From positions 62,001-126,000 of the IMG/VR virus record IMGVR_UViG_3300044712_000810: a stretch of DNA of 64,000 nt; one strand, 5' to 3'. The notes beneath the pieces were generated by a model that did not search any database, was not told the DNA's origin, and worked only from the letters and a program-made list of their open reading frames with translations. Below are positions 1 to 10,126 of the stretch, one piece after another (the stretch's first letter is position 1; every line of letters begins with the position of its first letter). The translations under genes were made by a program, and so were the position numbers.

Positions 1-1536
1 CAGTTTAAATCTATCAATATCAGATAAATTAATAACTGAACCCCAACTTGTTCTCATAAAGATTTTATGAGTATCTCTACCGACTAATCCTAATGCTAAT
101 TGATCCGAAATAATATGTTTAATTATACAACGTACATATGATAATAATTGCGCATTATCAGAATATTTGGAAGTCATTTTAAATAAATAATCTATACCCA
201 TATCAACAAAATCAAATCTGAATAATGTAAAGATGAAACTGTAAGGATCATCAATCATTACGTCATTAAATTTATCGTCAACAATTATGGATGATGTTGA
301 CTTTGTTACAAGTTCGACGTGATATGGTTTTAAATTATAAATGATTTTATAAGTAACTGTATCTTCCACATGTAATGTTAATTTAGGTAAGAAATCCATA
401 AAATAAGAAAAATACTTTTTAAAGTGAATATCAGTTGTTGTATGTTCATACAACATTAATGAATTATAAATATCATTCATTATTTGTCTGTAGTCTTCTT
501 TTACATTTGAACTGTTTCCAATACGTTGTTGTAAATAATAAAAGAATACAGGGTCAATTATTTCAATAATATCAAGCATATTATCCGGAGTATAATCTTT
601 ATCAGTTGAATAAAACTGATTGAAAAATATAGATATCTTTTCATTAAAGAACTTATCAAGTGCTGTTCTTGTTTTGATTTCATTGTATTCACTAATAAGT
701 CCATCTAAATCTGATACAGAATATGGATTATTATAATCTATCCAACTTAATATACGTTTAAGATCAAAATGTTCCCAACTAATATTATGATAAACAGATG
801 CCAAATAAACCCATATGTAAACTATATTTCCCAGTGTCATCGAAAAGTTTTGACCATCGCTGAAATACATAGTGAAAAGATTATCTCTATATTCTTTAAT
901 AAATGTGCATGTTATTAAATCACGCATTAAAGATACTTTGGTTGTAATATTATAATCAAGTAATAACATGTTAGTCTTACTTGGTAATATAATATTTTCA
1001 GAGTCTTTTAATTCGGACAAATGTTCCGGACTAATAAGTAATGTAGGAACTTGATTGTAAATTTGAAGATAATCAAGTGGAGTATCTTTTATATCTACTT
1101 GATCATTCTTATAAATTAAAACAGGTTTTAAAACCCATTTCGATTGATTATTATCCCAGTCCGCATATAATTCATAAATGTTCATTTGATCATCAAACGA
1201 GTTACCGACTTTATCAAGGAATTGAATAGTTCCTTTATAACGCATAAAATCAGATAACGCTTTTAGAAAAATAACTTTTGAATTGTATGTAAACTCATCT
1301 GCTAATTCTTGTGGTACACCAACCGCGACTAATAACTGATCGTAAATGTTTTCAAGTATATCACTATTTTCATATAGTGTCTTTAATTCAATAGGATCAA
1401 TATTATATGCATTATTAAAATATGTATTTTCTAAAGTTGTAAGTATGGCTTGATATAAATTTTCATCTTTAAAAGGTGTATACGTTTTCAAATAATCATT
1501 AAAATACGTTTTAAGTTGATCAATTGTGATCGCCAT
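1..1536 (-). CDS. Baseplate wedge protein, T4 gp7 / P2 gpI-like (partial; runs off left edge)
   Basis: Missing from the ORF track. Manual translation from ATG at 1536 gives MAITIDQLKTYFNDYLKTY...KALSDFMRYKGTIQFLDKVGNSF. I translated only the first part; the frame appears to continue to the window edge. The RYKGT motif is typical of gp7/gpI wedge proteins. Confidence 0.55.
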   Translation of the reverse strand, partial: MAITIDQLKTYFNDYLKTYTPFKDENLYQAILTTLENTYFNNAYNIDPIELKTLYENSDILENIYDQLLVAVGVPQELADEFTYNSKVIFLKALSDFMRYKGTIQFLDKVGNSFDDQMNIYELYADWDNNQSKWVLKPVLIYKNDQVDIKDTPLDYLQIYNQVPTLLISPEHLSELKDSENIILPSKTNMLLLDYNITTKVSLMRDLITCTFIKEYRDNLFTMYFSDGQNFSMTLGNIVYIWVYLASVYHNISWEHFDLKRILSWIDYNNPYSVSDLDGLISEYNEIKTRTALDKFFNEKISIFFNQFYSTDKDYTPDNMLDIIEIIDPVFFYYLQQRIGNSSNVKEDYRQIMNDIYNSLMLYEHTTTDIHFKKYFSYFMDFLPKLTLHVEDTVTYKIIYNLKPYHVELVTKSTSSIIVDDKFNDVMIDDPYSFIFTLFRFDFVDMGIDYLFKMTSKYSDNAQLLSYVRCIIKHIISDQLALGLVGRDTHKIFMRTSWGSVINLSDIDRFKL

Positions 1537-2497
1537 TTTTTACTATCTCCGTATAAAACTCATGTGCCAAAGTAATTAGTTTATTAATGCCATAACTATT
1601 ATTGTCGTGATGTATATTAAACTTACAAATATCGATACGTTTAGATTTCAAATTTAAACATTCATATTCATACGTCTTTAAAATATCAAATGGGATTTCA
1701 CCTATTGTTTGATATTTTAAGTTTGGAAAGTTATCTATGTATCCGTATGGACTTGGATAACTTTCAAAAATACGAACGAATTCTTTATTAAATTTACGTT
1801 TAAAAAGAATTACTAGTTCATTGACGATGATTGGCGCGAGATCTCCAACTTTATAGAAATCGTTGTATGGTTCATAAAACTCAAAGAGTTGTTTTAAGAA
1901 ATCCTCATATCTAGCATACTTTTCCATTTGCAATTTATAATCATTGTATTCTAAATATTTTTCAACGGATAAATCATATATAAAGTGTTTAAATATTTTA
2001 AGTTGTCCAGGATCTTTTAATGGTGCAACTTCGAGATCTAATTCAAACCAATCAACATTTGGATCAGAGTGTAATGCATTTGATGCTACACGCAATCCAT
2101 TAACACGATAAATCTCACCAGACTTAATCGGGTCATAAAATACAACAAGGTCATTAACGCGAGGACGCTTAAGTGTATAAATTGTTATGGATGTTGCGGC
2201 ATCCATCATCTGTCCTCTCATATCCTGTACACTCGACGCGGTATTAACAATTGGTGCAAGATAATAACTCGGAGTGTAATCGTATATGTTAAATCTAACA
2301 TCAGAATACTTATAAATGTCATATGTCGATTCGCTTTTACCGTCGTATGTACTGTTTTCACGATCAATATTATAATAGCGAACAAAACTACTAGGTCTTT
2401 TAAGATTCTTATAATAGTTAATTAGTTTTAAGTATTCTGTATGATAGTTTTTTACCAATGTTGGTTCGTGGAAAATATTAAACATGATTTCCCCCAC
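1520..2497 (-). CDS. Putative neck/head-completion protein (T4 gp14-like)
   Basis: RPRVNDLVVFYDPIKSGEIYRVNGLR resembles the gp14-type PKxGDLIYF..xxLFEI strand; structural gene context. Confidence 0.4.
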   Translation of the reverse strand: MGEIMFNIFHEPTLVKNYHTEYLKLINYYKNLKRPSSFVRYYNIDRENSTYDGKSESTYDIYKYSDVRFNIYDYTPSYYLAPIVNTASSVQDMRGQMMDAATSITIYTLKRPRVNDLVVFYDPIKSGEIYRVNGLRVASNALHSDPNVDWFELDLEVAPLKDPGQLKIFKHFIYDLSVEKYLEYNDYKLQMEKYARYEDFLKQLFEFYEPYNDFYKVGDLAPIIVNELVILFKRKFNKEFVRIFESYPSPYGYIDNFPNLKYQTIGEIPFDILKTYEYECLNLKSKRIDICKFNIHHDNNSYGINKLITLAHEFYTEIVKNGDHN

Positions 2498-2508
2498 AAA
2501 ATTTCTCG

Positions 2509-2523
2509 TTTTTTATAGAAATA
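2509..2523 (+). promoter_or_regulatory. 15-bp motif variant TTTTTTATAGAAATA
   Basis: Two mismatches; upstream of the plus-strand ORF at 2560. Confidence 0.5.
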
Positions 2524-2559
2524 GTTTAAATAAACCAAATACACGGGGGCACACATAGA

Positions 2560-2955
2560 GTGTTAAAAAATATTGCCATTTGTGAAAAAAATGAAAAATT
2601 TATATCAATAATACAAAAAAATGATCATATAAGCATATTAACATTTTTTGAAAAAATAAACGATTCATATATATGTGAAATGAAATTAAAACATAATGAA
2701 ATTTTCAAAGCACAACAAATAGTTAATGTTGTACCACACTTATGTGATTATGAAATAAAACACACACATGTATTATTCAGATTAAACATACCGGATGAAT
2801 TCTTTGAAAATTATAATAAAGGATATTTAAATATAAATGTCTATCAATATAAAGAAGACAATCAAGAATACGTTGATATAGATCCCGTTTCAATAATCGA
2901 GTATGAAAATGAAACACAGTCTATATCACTATTAAATGAATTTTGGGGCGGATAA
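2560..2955 (+). CDS. Hypothetical protein, counter-oriented
   Basis: 131-aa ORF with GTG start, upstream 15-bp motif variant (2509-2523) and downstream hairpin terminator. Confidence 0.6.
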   Translation: MLKNIAICEKNEKFISIIQKNDHISILTFFEKINDSYICEMKLKHNEIFKAQQIVNVVPHLCDYEIKHTHVLFRLNIPDEFFENYNKGYLNINVYQYKEDNQEYVDIDPVSIIEYENETQSISLLNEFWGG

Positions 2956-2971
2956 TTTCCGCCCCATTTTT
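2945..2971 (+). terminator. Rho-independent terminator
   Basis: GGGGCGGA-TAATT-TCCGCCCC followed by ATTTTT. Confidence 0.75.
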
Positions 2972-3503
2972 AGCCAATTACGGTAATATTTAATAACTTA
3001 CTTTTATTACTTATACTAATATCTATATATACAGTATACTCTGTATATGCACCCATAGAAATTGGTGTAATATCAACGCTATTTAAAACAACGTTAACAC
3101 CAAGATCCGCACTTATTACTAATAAAATCATTTGAATTTCAGCTTCAATCAACTGTTTTGATGATTCCGTATCTTTCGAATGCAAGTATTTCTTTAATAA
3201 TGTACCAATTGACGCATCGAAAGGATAATCACCTACCATTGTTTGGAAAAAATTCTTAATATACGTAATAACAGTTTCATCAACAGTCTTTAAAGCACGG
3301 AAATCACCATATTCAGAAATTTGTGGAACAATATCAAATACTAAATCGTAATTGATTTGTTTCAGTTTTTCAATATAATCCCGAATCAAATATTGGATCG
3401 GTGATGGAAGTTCATCTAACTCATACAAATTCCGATACGATTTGATAGATCTCGGGATTTGATCTAATATTTCTTTCGGTAGTTTCGAGATATCTACTTC
3501 CAT
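2970..3503 (-). CDS. Baseplate wedge subunit, gp25/GPW family
   Basis: MVGDYPFDASIGTLLKKYL matches the gp25 GExPFxPxFGxxLxxxL motif. Confidence 0.75.
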   Translation of the reverse strand: MEVDISKLPKEILDQIPRSIKSYRNLYELDELPSPIQYLIRDYIEKLKQINYDLVFDIVPQISEYGDFRALKTVDETVITYIKNFFQTMVGDYPFDASIGTLLKKYLHSKDTESSKQLIEAEIQMILLVISADLGVNVVLNSVDITPISMGAYTEYTVYIDISISNKSKLLNITVIG

Positions 3504-3504
3504 T

Positions 3505-3741
3505 TTATCCCGCCTTTTGACCTACCCGCCTTTTCTTCTCCATTTCCTTCTTTTCTTTGACCTTTGCATTATATTGCTTTAATACAACATCATTATAAAG
3601 TGGATAAGGAATATCTGCAATATTTACGAGATCAGCAGGATTGGTTTTATCAAATAAATTATGATCAGATAAAAACAATTCAGTAAAATACTTATAGGCT
3701 TTCGACGCCCTCTCCGGTATTAAAAATGCTTCTGCGAAAAA
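3505..3741 (-). CDS. Start-less 78-codon frame; probable frameshift extension of the upstream gene
   Basis: +1 frame opens just after a TAG at the TTT TTT C site. Encodes FAEAFLIPERASKAYKYFTELFLSDHNLFDKTNPADLVNIADIPYPLYNDVVLKQYNAKVKEKKEMEKKRRVGQKAG*, ending 2 nt before the gp25 ATG. Confidence 0.55.
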   Translation of the reverse strand, partial: FFAEAFLIPERASKAYKYFTELFLSDHNLFDKTNPADLVNIADIPYPLYNDVVLKQYNAKVKEKKEMEKKRRVGQKAG

Positions 3742-4600
3742 ATTCTAATTCAATATTCACCTCTCTGTCAAATTTGTGTTGACAAATTGGACATTCGATG
3801 GATGCATAAAACCGAGGATCATATTTTTTGAATCTTTCGGTGTACTTATTAAAATAAGTTTCAGAAACAGTTTTTGGAATGTATGAATCAAAAGCAATAG
3901 CAATTTCTTGCATACTTTCAGTTCTTACAAATTGATCACTACCTTTTGGTTTTAATACGATAGCACGAGTAAGAAGAGTCATTTGTTCATGAAGAGCAAA
4001 TAATGATCCACCCTGCTCCAGATTCTTTTGTAGCATATCGGTACTAAGCATTGATAGTACACGGTTATTATCTTTGATTGTTGGAATTCTAGTATCAAAT
4101 GAATATACATATTTATCATAATCAATATCAATCTGGAATGAATACTTTGTAAAGGGAACGGTTTCACCATTCTCATCAACTTCATCCCACATTGTAAGAG
4201 TATCATCATGAAGTAAATCTTCAGCTATGATTTCTTTTTCAAATTCTTGACGACATTCAGGATTTTCACAAATAATTTTGCGTTTTCCAAGTGTTTCATA
4301 TGTATTTCTATAGATGCCCCAAATTAAACAGATTTTATCGATGTTTGAAACTTCACTAATAAATCTATCAAAATTTGGTTTTTCATCTTTATCTTCATTA
4401 TTAAAGACCATATGCTTATGAAGCAATTTAATCATTTCTCTATCATAACCATGAGGATTAGTAATAGATGTTCTAAGTGCAAGATCGTCACCAACAACTA
4501 ATGGTGTAACCGTAGCTGCTTTACGAGCAATCGGTAATGGTACTTGCAGTTTTTTAATTTCCATAATATTTTTAGCTGTTTCTAAAAACTGTGAAAGCAT
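3692..4600 (-). CDS. Baseplate hub assembly protein / tail assembly chaperone (T4 gp26/gp51-like)
   Basis: VTPLVVGDDLAL, DKICLIWGIYRNTY, Cys pairs CENPEC and CPIC, and a C-terminal ELEFF motif. Confidence 0.65.
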   Translation of the reverse strand: MLSQFLETAKNIMEIKKLQVPLPIARKAATVTPLVVGDDLALRTSITNPHGYDREMIKLLHKHMVFNNEDKDEKPNFDRFISEVSNIDKICLIWGIYRNTYETLGKRKIICENPECRQEFEKEIIAEDLLHDDTLTMWDEVDENGETVPFTKYSFQIDIDYDKYVYSFDTRIPTIKDNNRVLSMLSTDMLQKNLEQGGSLFALHEQMTLLTRAIVLKPKGSDQFVRTESMQEIAIAFDSYIPKTVSETYFNKYTERFKKYDPRFYASIECPICQHKFDREVNIELEFFRRSIFNTGEGVESL

Positions 4601-4613
4601 TGTCCCTCCAAAC

Positions 4614-4907
4614 TTACATATTAGGCATGTTAATTGAATAATTAATCTTATTCATTGCGTGTTTAAAATTTTGCATTGATTTAATAGATTTTAATATCTC
4701 TAAAATTTGTATTGCTGGAATCTTTGCTACACTAATATATGTAGGTGGATCATTTGCTACGCGGACGAATCCACGTGCATATAAAAGATTATCAATGTCT
4801 GTAAGTAACATCCCAAAGACCTTACGGTCATGACCTTTTTTTGGTTCAAAAATTACTGTGGATGCCATATATTTTCCAACTTTAATAGGGAATGATATAT
4901 TGAACAC
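4614..4907 (-). CDS. Hypothetical protein
   Basis: 97-aa ORF co-oriented with neighbours. Confidence 0.6.
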   Translation of the reverse strand: MFNISFPIKVGKYMASTVIFEPKKGHDRKVFGMLLTDIDNLLYARGFVRVANDPPTYISVAKIPAIQILEILKSIKSMQNFKHAMNKINYSINMPNM

Positions 4908-4918
4908 ATAAAATCACG

Positions 4919-4944
4919 CCCAGGGGGCATTTCTACCCCCTGGG
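4919..4944 (-). terminator. Terminator hairpin after major capsid gene
   Basis: CCCAGGGGG-TAGAAATG-CCCCCTGGG on minus strand; U-tract weak. Confidence 0.6.
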
Positions 4945-4959
4945 CTTAGATCAACTTAA

Positions 4960-6510
4960 TTAGCCGATGTAGTTTTCCATACCGTCGACTTTAATGAGTC
5001 CAAGACCTTCGGTACGAGCAACTTCGATCATTGTACGGGAACGAACGAAGTGTCTCATGTTACCATCGGTGATTTCTTGTACGATGTACAGTGGTTGATA
5101 GATAAGATCGATAATTGTGGCTTTCTCAAGAGCATTTTGTGGTGCTTTTGTTGAAAGATACATTTTACCATCATCAACTGCTGGACATTCAAGAACACGC
5201 ATTTGAGCGAATTGTGCGTTAGCACCAGACCAACCGATTTGACCCTTGTTATCAGGCATATTAACCATCATATCCTGAAGTGACTTCAGAAGAGCGGCTG
5301 TACGAAGACCTGTAACAATGTATTGTGGGTACATACGGAAGTTACGGTAAATGATACCGTTAAGAGTAGCAATACGTGGGATAATTGTACGAATGATATC
5401 AAGAACGTTAGCTGGAGCAAAATCACCAGTTCCGCCGCCACGATTGTAGTTACGGAGATCTACGTTTTGAATAGCATTGTTATTAGCCATATCGCCTTCA
5501 GCGGCTTCAAGGAAGTACTTAAGGTCGAAGTCTTTGTTTAAAAGAACCTGACGTTTAATAGCTTCTGAAAGTGTACGAGCAAGGTCAATCTTAAAGATTG
5601 ATTTGTAGTCTTGAATATCTTCTTGTGTAAGTTCAATTAAGAAGTCTTCGTTTGGATCGATTGTTACGTCGGTCATTTCAGTTGTAATCTTAACTTTTGT
5701 ACGACCCTTCATTGATGTTACTGGAGTAAAGCGACATTGGAATGTCATGCTTGAAAGAGTAACAGTGTTGGTTGTACCAGTTGTATCAAGAATTACAGAG
5801 TAAACAACTTCGCCTGAATCCCAGTTTACGTTACCATGCAGTGAACCTGTGACTACGCCACCGTCTGTTGCTTGATAAGTAAATGTGCCTTTAAGACCTG
5901 CACGGTTGTCAGGACGGATTGTTACTGGAATAACTTTAGCAGCACCATTGTCAACAAGGTTTGCCTTGTTAACCATGAAGTAACGACGATTCATTTTGAA
6001 CTTAGCAGCATCAGCACCAAGAGCTGCTGTAAGCAGATTCTCTGGGTTGTTTGGTGCTACGTTGTGCTCGAAGAAGTCAGCACGAACAAGGCTACGAGCT
6101 GTAGGAATAATTTGCTCAGAAACTGTTCCGTCGTAGTTTGTTGTTTTGGCTTTAATACGAACACGTGGGATAGATACAACAGGTGAATCTGTTGGGTATA
6201 CGTTGCAAAGTTCTGAGATGATTGGTTCAGCATAAATGTCTACGAGAATTGGGAAGCTAAGAACGGTCCAACCAAAGCCGAAGCTAGATGCTGGTACGTT
6301 TGCGGCTTCTGTAAGAAGATATTCACGTTGACGATCGGCAATAGCCATAACAACGGCACGACGACCTGCATCAAGACCCTCTGTTAAAGAATCCATGTAT
6401 GCGCGATACATACCGTTGTCAGTGATCATTTTAAGAGCACCGGTAGGACTATTGATGTCATCTGCATGTTCGCGGATAAATAATTCATAGTTTTCGAACA
6501 AAGTCTTCAT
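4960..6510 (-). CDS. Major capsid protein (T4 gp23-like)
   Basis: IISELCNVYPTDSP, DLARTLSEAIKRQVL, YQPLYIVQEIT...RSRT match gp23 blocks; LTE-A site at residue 68; highly biased codons; follows protease and portal genes. Confidence 0.85.
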   Translation of the reverse strand: MKTLFENYELFIREHADDINSPTGALKMITDNGMYRAYMDSLTEGLDAGRRAVVMAIADRQREYLLTEAANVPASSFGFGWTVLSFPILVDIYAEPIISELCNVYPTDSPVVSIPRVRIKAKTTNYDGTVSEQIIPTARSLVRADFFEHNVAPNNPENLLTAALGADAAKFKMNRRYFMVNKANLVDNGAAKVIPVTIRPDNRAGLKGTFTYQATDGGVVTGSLHGNVNWDSGEVVYSVILDTTGTTNTVTLSSMTFQCRFTPVTSMKGRTKVKITTEMTDVTIDPNEDFLIELTQEDIQDYKSIFKIDLARTLSEAIKRQVLLNKDFDLKYFLEAAEGDMANNNAIQNVDLRNYNRGGGTGDFAPANVLDIIRTIIPRIATLNGIIYRNFRMYPQYIVTGLRTAALLKSLQDMMVNMPDNKGQIGWSGANAQFAQMRVLECPAVDDGKMYLSTKAPQNALEKATIIDLIYQPLYIVQEITDGNMRHFVRSRTMIEVARTEGLGLIKVDGMENYIG

Positions 6511-6546
6511 ATCTTTCCTCCGAAATAATTATAAGTATTTTTTTTA

Positions 6547-7314
6547 TTAAAATTTAAAGACTAATCTTCTACCGATGACTTCAAGGAACTGTTCATTGAT
6601 AATATCATCGATAAATTTAACAACACAAGAATCACCATCACAAATGCGAAGATGATCATTTTCAATAATTGACATTACATCGGCGTTTTCACAAATCAAA
6701 GTCTTTGGATTCTCAGGAATAAAATCCCCTGCACTTTCTGGAAGGAAAGTAACAACACGAGCATTTTGATGTGATGGATTTGTAACAATGTCATAAGTAA
6801 TAGGCATGATTGGTTCAGTTACAACCAATGTACCATCTTGAAGTGGTTCAACTCCACCTAATGCGCGTAATGAGAAACCAATATTAATCTTGTCTTTCGT
6901 AATAAGATTTGCAAGATCAGGTCCTTTAAATCCAGAAAGAGTTTCGATTTCACCAATAATTTGGCCATTTTTCAACTCTAATTTTCTTAAAACAGCGGCG
7001 CAATTATTTAACTCAACAATTGCAGCTCTTTTCTTAAGAGTATCTGGATCTGAAGAAACAAACATTGGATGGTCTATCTCAAGAAGACATGATCTATTGT
7101 TAACTCTTGGAGCAAGTCTATTAACAATAGATTCACAAATTGCTTGTGAATAACGACGCTTATTAGCATTAAGAACATCTTGCTCTTGAAGAAGAGCTGA
7201 GAATGCTAATTTTGGTTTGCCACCAACTGTAGTTTCTTCAATAATCTTAATCTGATCGTATGGCACTACCGATGTCTGTTCAAAAATCAGATTGTACTTT
7301 CCGTTTGCTGGCAT
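6547..7314 (-). CDS. Prohead core protease (T4 gp21-like)
   Basis: NANKRRYS, LLEIDHP, IGFSLRALG, ITYDIVTNPSHQNA motifs. Confidence 0.9.
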   Translation of the reverse strand: MPANGKYNLIFEQTSVVPYDQIKIIEETTVGGKPKLAFSALLQEQDVLNANKRRYSQAICESIVNRLAPRVNNRSCLLEIDHPMFVSSDPDTLKKRAAIVELNNCAAVLRKLELKNGQIIGEIETLSGFKGPDLANLITKDKINIGFSLRALGGVEPLQDGTLVVTEPIMPITYDIVTNPSHQNARVVTFLPESAGDFIPENPKTLICENADVMSIIENDHLRICDGDSCVVKFIDDIINEQFLEVIGRRLVFKF

Positions 7315-7648
7315 TTTGTTGCGCCCTCTCTATTTCTGCATTTAATGTATTTATAAGATTATTACTTAACGATACAAGTGTCTCATATGAAAGAACATCG
7401 ATAAATTTAAGGACTGTTTCCAGTGCCTCATTTCTCATATTATATTGTTTCATTTTGACATTAAAATCACTCAATTTCTGAGCTAAATAATATTTCTTTA
7501 ATGATGTATATTCAACAGGTTCTTCTGGTTGAACTTCTTGTTGCATATCTTGCTGATCTATTGGTTGCCCATTTTGATCAAGCTGTGGAGGTTGTTGGAC
7601 CTGTTGAACTTGTTGTGGATATAACGGAACTTGTTCAACTAGGAACAT
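7280..7648 (-). CDS. Hypothetical Gln/Pro-rich protein (possible prohead core component)
   Basis: Likely start ATG at 7648 after GGAGGA; lies between portal and protease. Confidence 0.6.
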   Translation of the reverse strand: MFLVEQVPLYPQQVQQVQQPPQLDQNGQPIDQQDMQQEVQPEEPVEYTSLKKYYLAQKLSDFNVKMKQYNMRNEALETVLKFIDVLSYETLVSLSNNLINTLNAEIERAQQNASKRKVQSDF

Positions 7649-7649
7649 G

Positions 7650-9737
7650 TTATCCTCCCATATCTCCACCAAGCTGACCAGTTGCAGCAAGTGCATCTGC
7701 TTGAGCTTTTTGTTGTGCTTTCATCATAATTTCATTTTTAACTGCAAGTTCAGTAGAGTATTCCTTAGACTTCTGAATAAACTTATCCCAATCAACGTGA
7801 GGAACGTATGATTTAAGGAAGAAGTAAGGATCAACTTGCATTTGCATTCCTGTGAATACGCCTGCAATGTTACCGACAGAACTCATTGTCATTTCAATTA
7901 ATTGAAGAATCAGAACAACAGGTGGAATTAACGTAAACTTAGCATAGTCAGATGGTTTAAAACCAATTTCTAACATTTCAGCAACAGTGTCTATAACTTC
8001 ATTAAAACCTTTAGTAACTGTTTCTTGAATATCTGTAATCTCCGTCGAGAATGAAACGTTAGCATGGACTAATTGCTCACGTAATTCAACAGTATCCATG
8101 TATCCGAGATATGGTGCAGGAATACCAGATAAAGATATAATTTCACGTCTAGCATCTTCTAAGTCAGCAACTTTAATTGATGCATCGCCCATTGGTTGTA
8201 TTTCTACATCAACTGGACGTTTACCATCTTTTACAATAGCAAACATGTCTTTAAAGTCTGAAAGAATCTTAGGGATTGCTTTAAATGAAGCTAAATCTTC
8301 AAGTGTCACACGAGTATTATACAATTCACGTTTAAGTTGTTGTATATATTTTGTATGCATCTGTGTAGATCCTACGTCAATTGACCATTTACGGATAACA
8401 CTTGCGCGAGATAATTTAGTAATTGTATTTGCAAGCTGTGCTAATGTATATAACTTCGACGGAAACACTAATGGATCAACGACTGATTCGCCATATGGAG
8501 CAAATTCTGCAGAAGCCATTGAAAATGGAACCATGCGGTTAGATGGAATAAAGCGCACTTTCAATTGTTGATATTGCGCTTTGCGGTTCATTCCCTGTTC
8601 AATAAGCATACGCTTAATGAATCGGTATGTATCTTCACCTAATGATTTCAATGCAGCTTCTGGATTTTGCATTTTAGATTTCTTACTGCTTATAGCTTTC
8701 TTTAGAACGTAGTAGATCAGTCTGTTGACGACTTTTTCTTGTGTCAAACCTTGCGGGTTTGCCATGTTTGTAATTCGTCCAATAATAAGTGATAAGTTTT
8801 GTGTCATGTTTGTTGTATTGAATTCTTGTTGTTTTTGAATCTCAAGATATCCAATACGCGATCCATATTCTGTCTCAAGAACTAATATGTTATGAGGTTT
8901 ATGAATTTTTAAAAGGACATTATCAAAAGGATTATCTGTTTGTTCATCTTTCGATGGACCAGAATCCTCTTCAACTATTAAACAGTTTGCACATTCCTGT
9001 AATAAACTATCAATCTCGTAAATATTAGATCTGGCAAAATTTAGATTATTTGTTCTTGTCTCTAAATCTTTTACTCTAGCTTCAGTAATAATACTTCCGC
9101 GTAAAGCCGGTTCTAACATTTCACGAATTTCACCATTATACTTTAATGGTGGTGTATCTTGTTCATTGAGAACGTTAAGTGCTGCAAGCGTTTTTGACGC
9201 TTCGAACTTTTTAGATTCTGCTTCAACATCAACCGTTTCAATAAATACATCACCATATAATAGTTGCGAATGCAATACGATGTTTTTTAATTTCTCAATC
9301 AAATTAAAGTTTTTAATAACATCGTCAATGAATTGTTTTGCTTTTTCAATCTTCTCTTTATCTTCTTCTGTATCCTTTACAACCTTTGAATCTTCAACAT
9401 CCTTAATCATGTAACATTTTCCAGTTACCGGATTCTTTTGTAGAATGTTTGGTTTATAAACCTTGAAAATACGTTTGATCATTGGAACAGCACGATAAAG
9501 TTCTTCATAAGTCGCATATCGCATCAGTCTATCACGAGGAATTGTAGCTTCTTCTAGTATTTTATTAATTTCATCATCTTTTGTGTTTTCAGTGAACAAA
9601 TTAAGAAACTTTCCAGTCTCTTCTTCACTTTCAGTTTTACTATTTATACTAGGGATTGTTTGTAAAATCTTATCTATGTTTTGTTCTAAGTCTGATAGGT
9701 TTTTATCCGCAAAGACCGAACCACCAAATAATGGCAT
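7650..9737 (-). CDS. Portal protein (T4 gp20-like)
   Basis: PYGESVVDPL...TKLSRASVIRKWSIDVGS matches gp20 YRxxRAPERRIFYIDVG; RREIISLSGIPAPYL. Confidence 0.85.
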   Translation of the reverse strand: MPLFGGSVFADKNLSDLEQNIDKILQTIPSINSKTESEEETGKFLNLFTENTKDDEINKILEEATIPRDRLMRYATYEELYRAVPMIKRIFKVYKPNILQKNPVTGKCYMIKDVEDSKVVKDTEEDKEKIEKAKQFIDDVIKNFNLIEKLKNIVLHSQLLYGDVFIETVDVEAESKKFEASKTLAALNVLNEQDTPPLKYNGEIREMLEPALRGSIITEARVKDLETRTNNLNFARSNIYEIDSLLQECANCLIVEEDSGPSKDEQTDNPFDNVLLKIHKPHNILVLETEYGSRIGYLEIQKQQEFNTTNMTQNLSLIIGRITNMANPQGLTQEKVVNRLIYYVLKKAISSKKSKMQNPEAALKSLGEDTYRFIKRMLIEQGMNRKAQYQQLKVRFIPSNRMVPFSMASAEFAPYGESVVDPLVFPSKLYTLAQLANTITKLSRASVIRKWSIDVGSTQMHTKYIQQLKRELYNTRVTLEDLASFKAIPKILSDFKDMFAIVKDGKRPVDVEIQPMGDASIKVADLEDARREIISLSGIPAPYLGYMDTVELREQLVHANVSFSTEITDIQETVTKGFNEVIDTVAEMLEIGFKPSDYAKFTLIPPVVLILQLIEMTMSSVGNIAGVFTGMQMQVDPYFFLKSYVPHVDWDKFIQKSKEYSTELAVKNEIMMKAQQKAQADALAATGQLGGDMGG

Positions 9738-9739
9738 GG

Positions 9740-10123
9740 TTAAATACTCCTAAGATTGGAAATTATAATATATAAAAGAGCTTCTCGTGAATAGTAGTTT
9801 GCTAGATTTTCTAATACTTGTGGCGACATATGTTTCATTATTTCAATAGTCGCAGCATTTATCATTTTATCACGTTCTTCATTATAAACATGTGAAGAAT
9901 TCATTTTTGACTCAGGATTAAGATCGTAATTCTTTTTAATAGATTCAATCTTAGGTATCAATATAATTTCTTTATAATTATGCATTACATCTTCAAGAAC
10001 TTTTAATGATATCATGTATTGATCTTTATCCATCACTACTTTCGGTTTCCTGGACATAAATGAATAAATACTTAATAATATAATGATAATTGCTAGTTCA
10101 ACACATACAAAAACTTCGATCAT
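9740..10123 (-). CDS. Hypothetical protein with N-terminal transmembrane helix
   Basis: VFVCVELAIIIILLSIYSF hydrophobic stretch. Confidence 0.65.
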   Translation of the reverse strand: MIEVFVCVELAIIIILLSIYSFMSRKPKVVMDKDQYMISLKVLEDVMHNYKEIILIPKIESIKKNYDLNPESKMNSSHVYNEERDKMINAATIEIMKHMSPQVLENLANYYSREALLYIIISNLRSI

Positions 10124-10126
10124 AAA

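Noticed and set aside
5323-9414. Plus-strand ORFs antisense to capsid, protease and portal genes
   Set aside because: Antisense shadows of well-supported genes.
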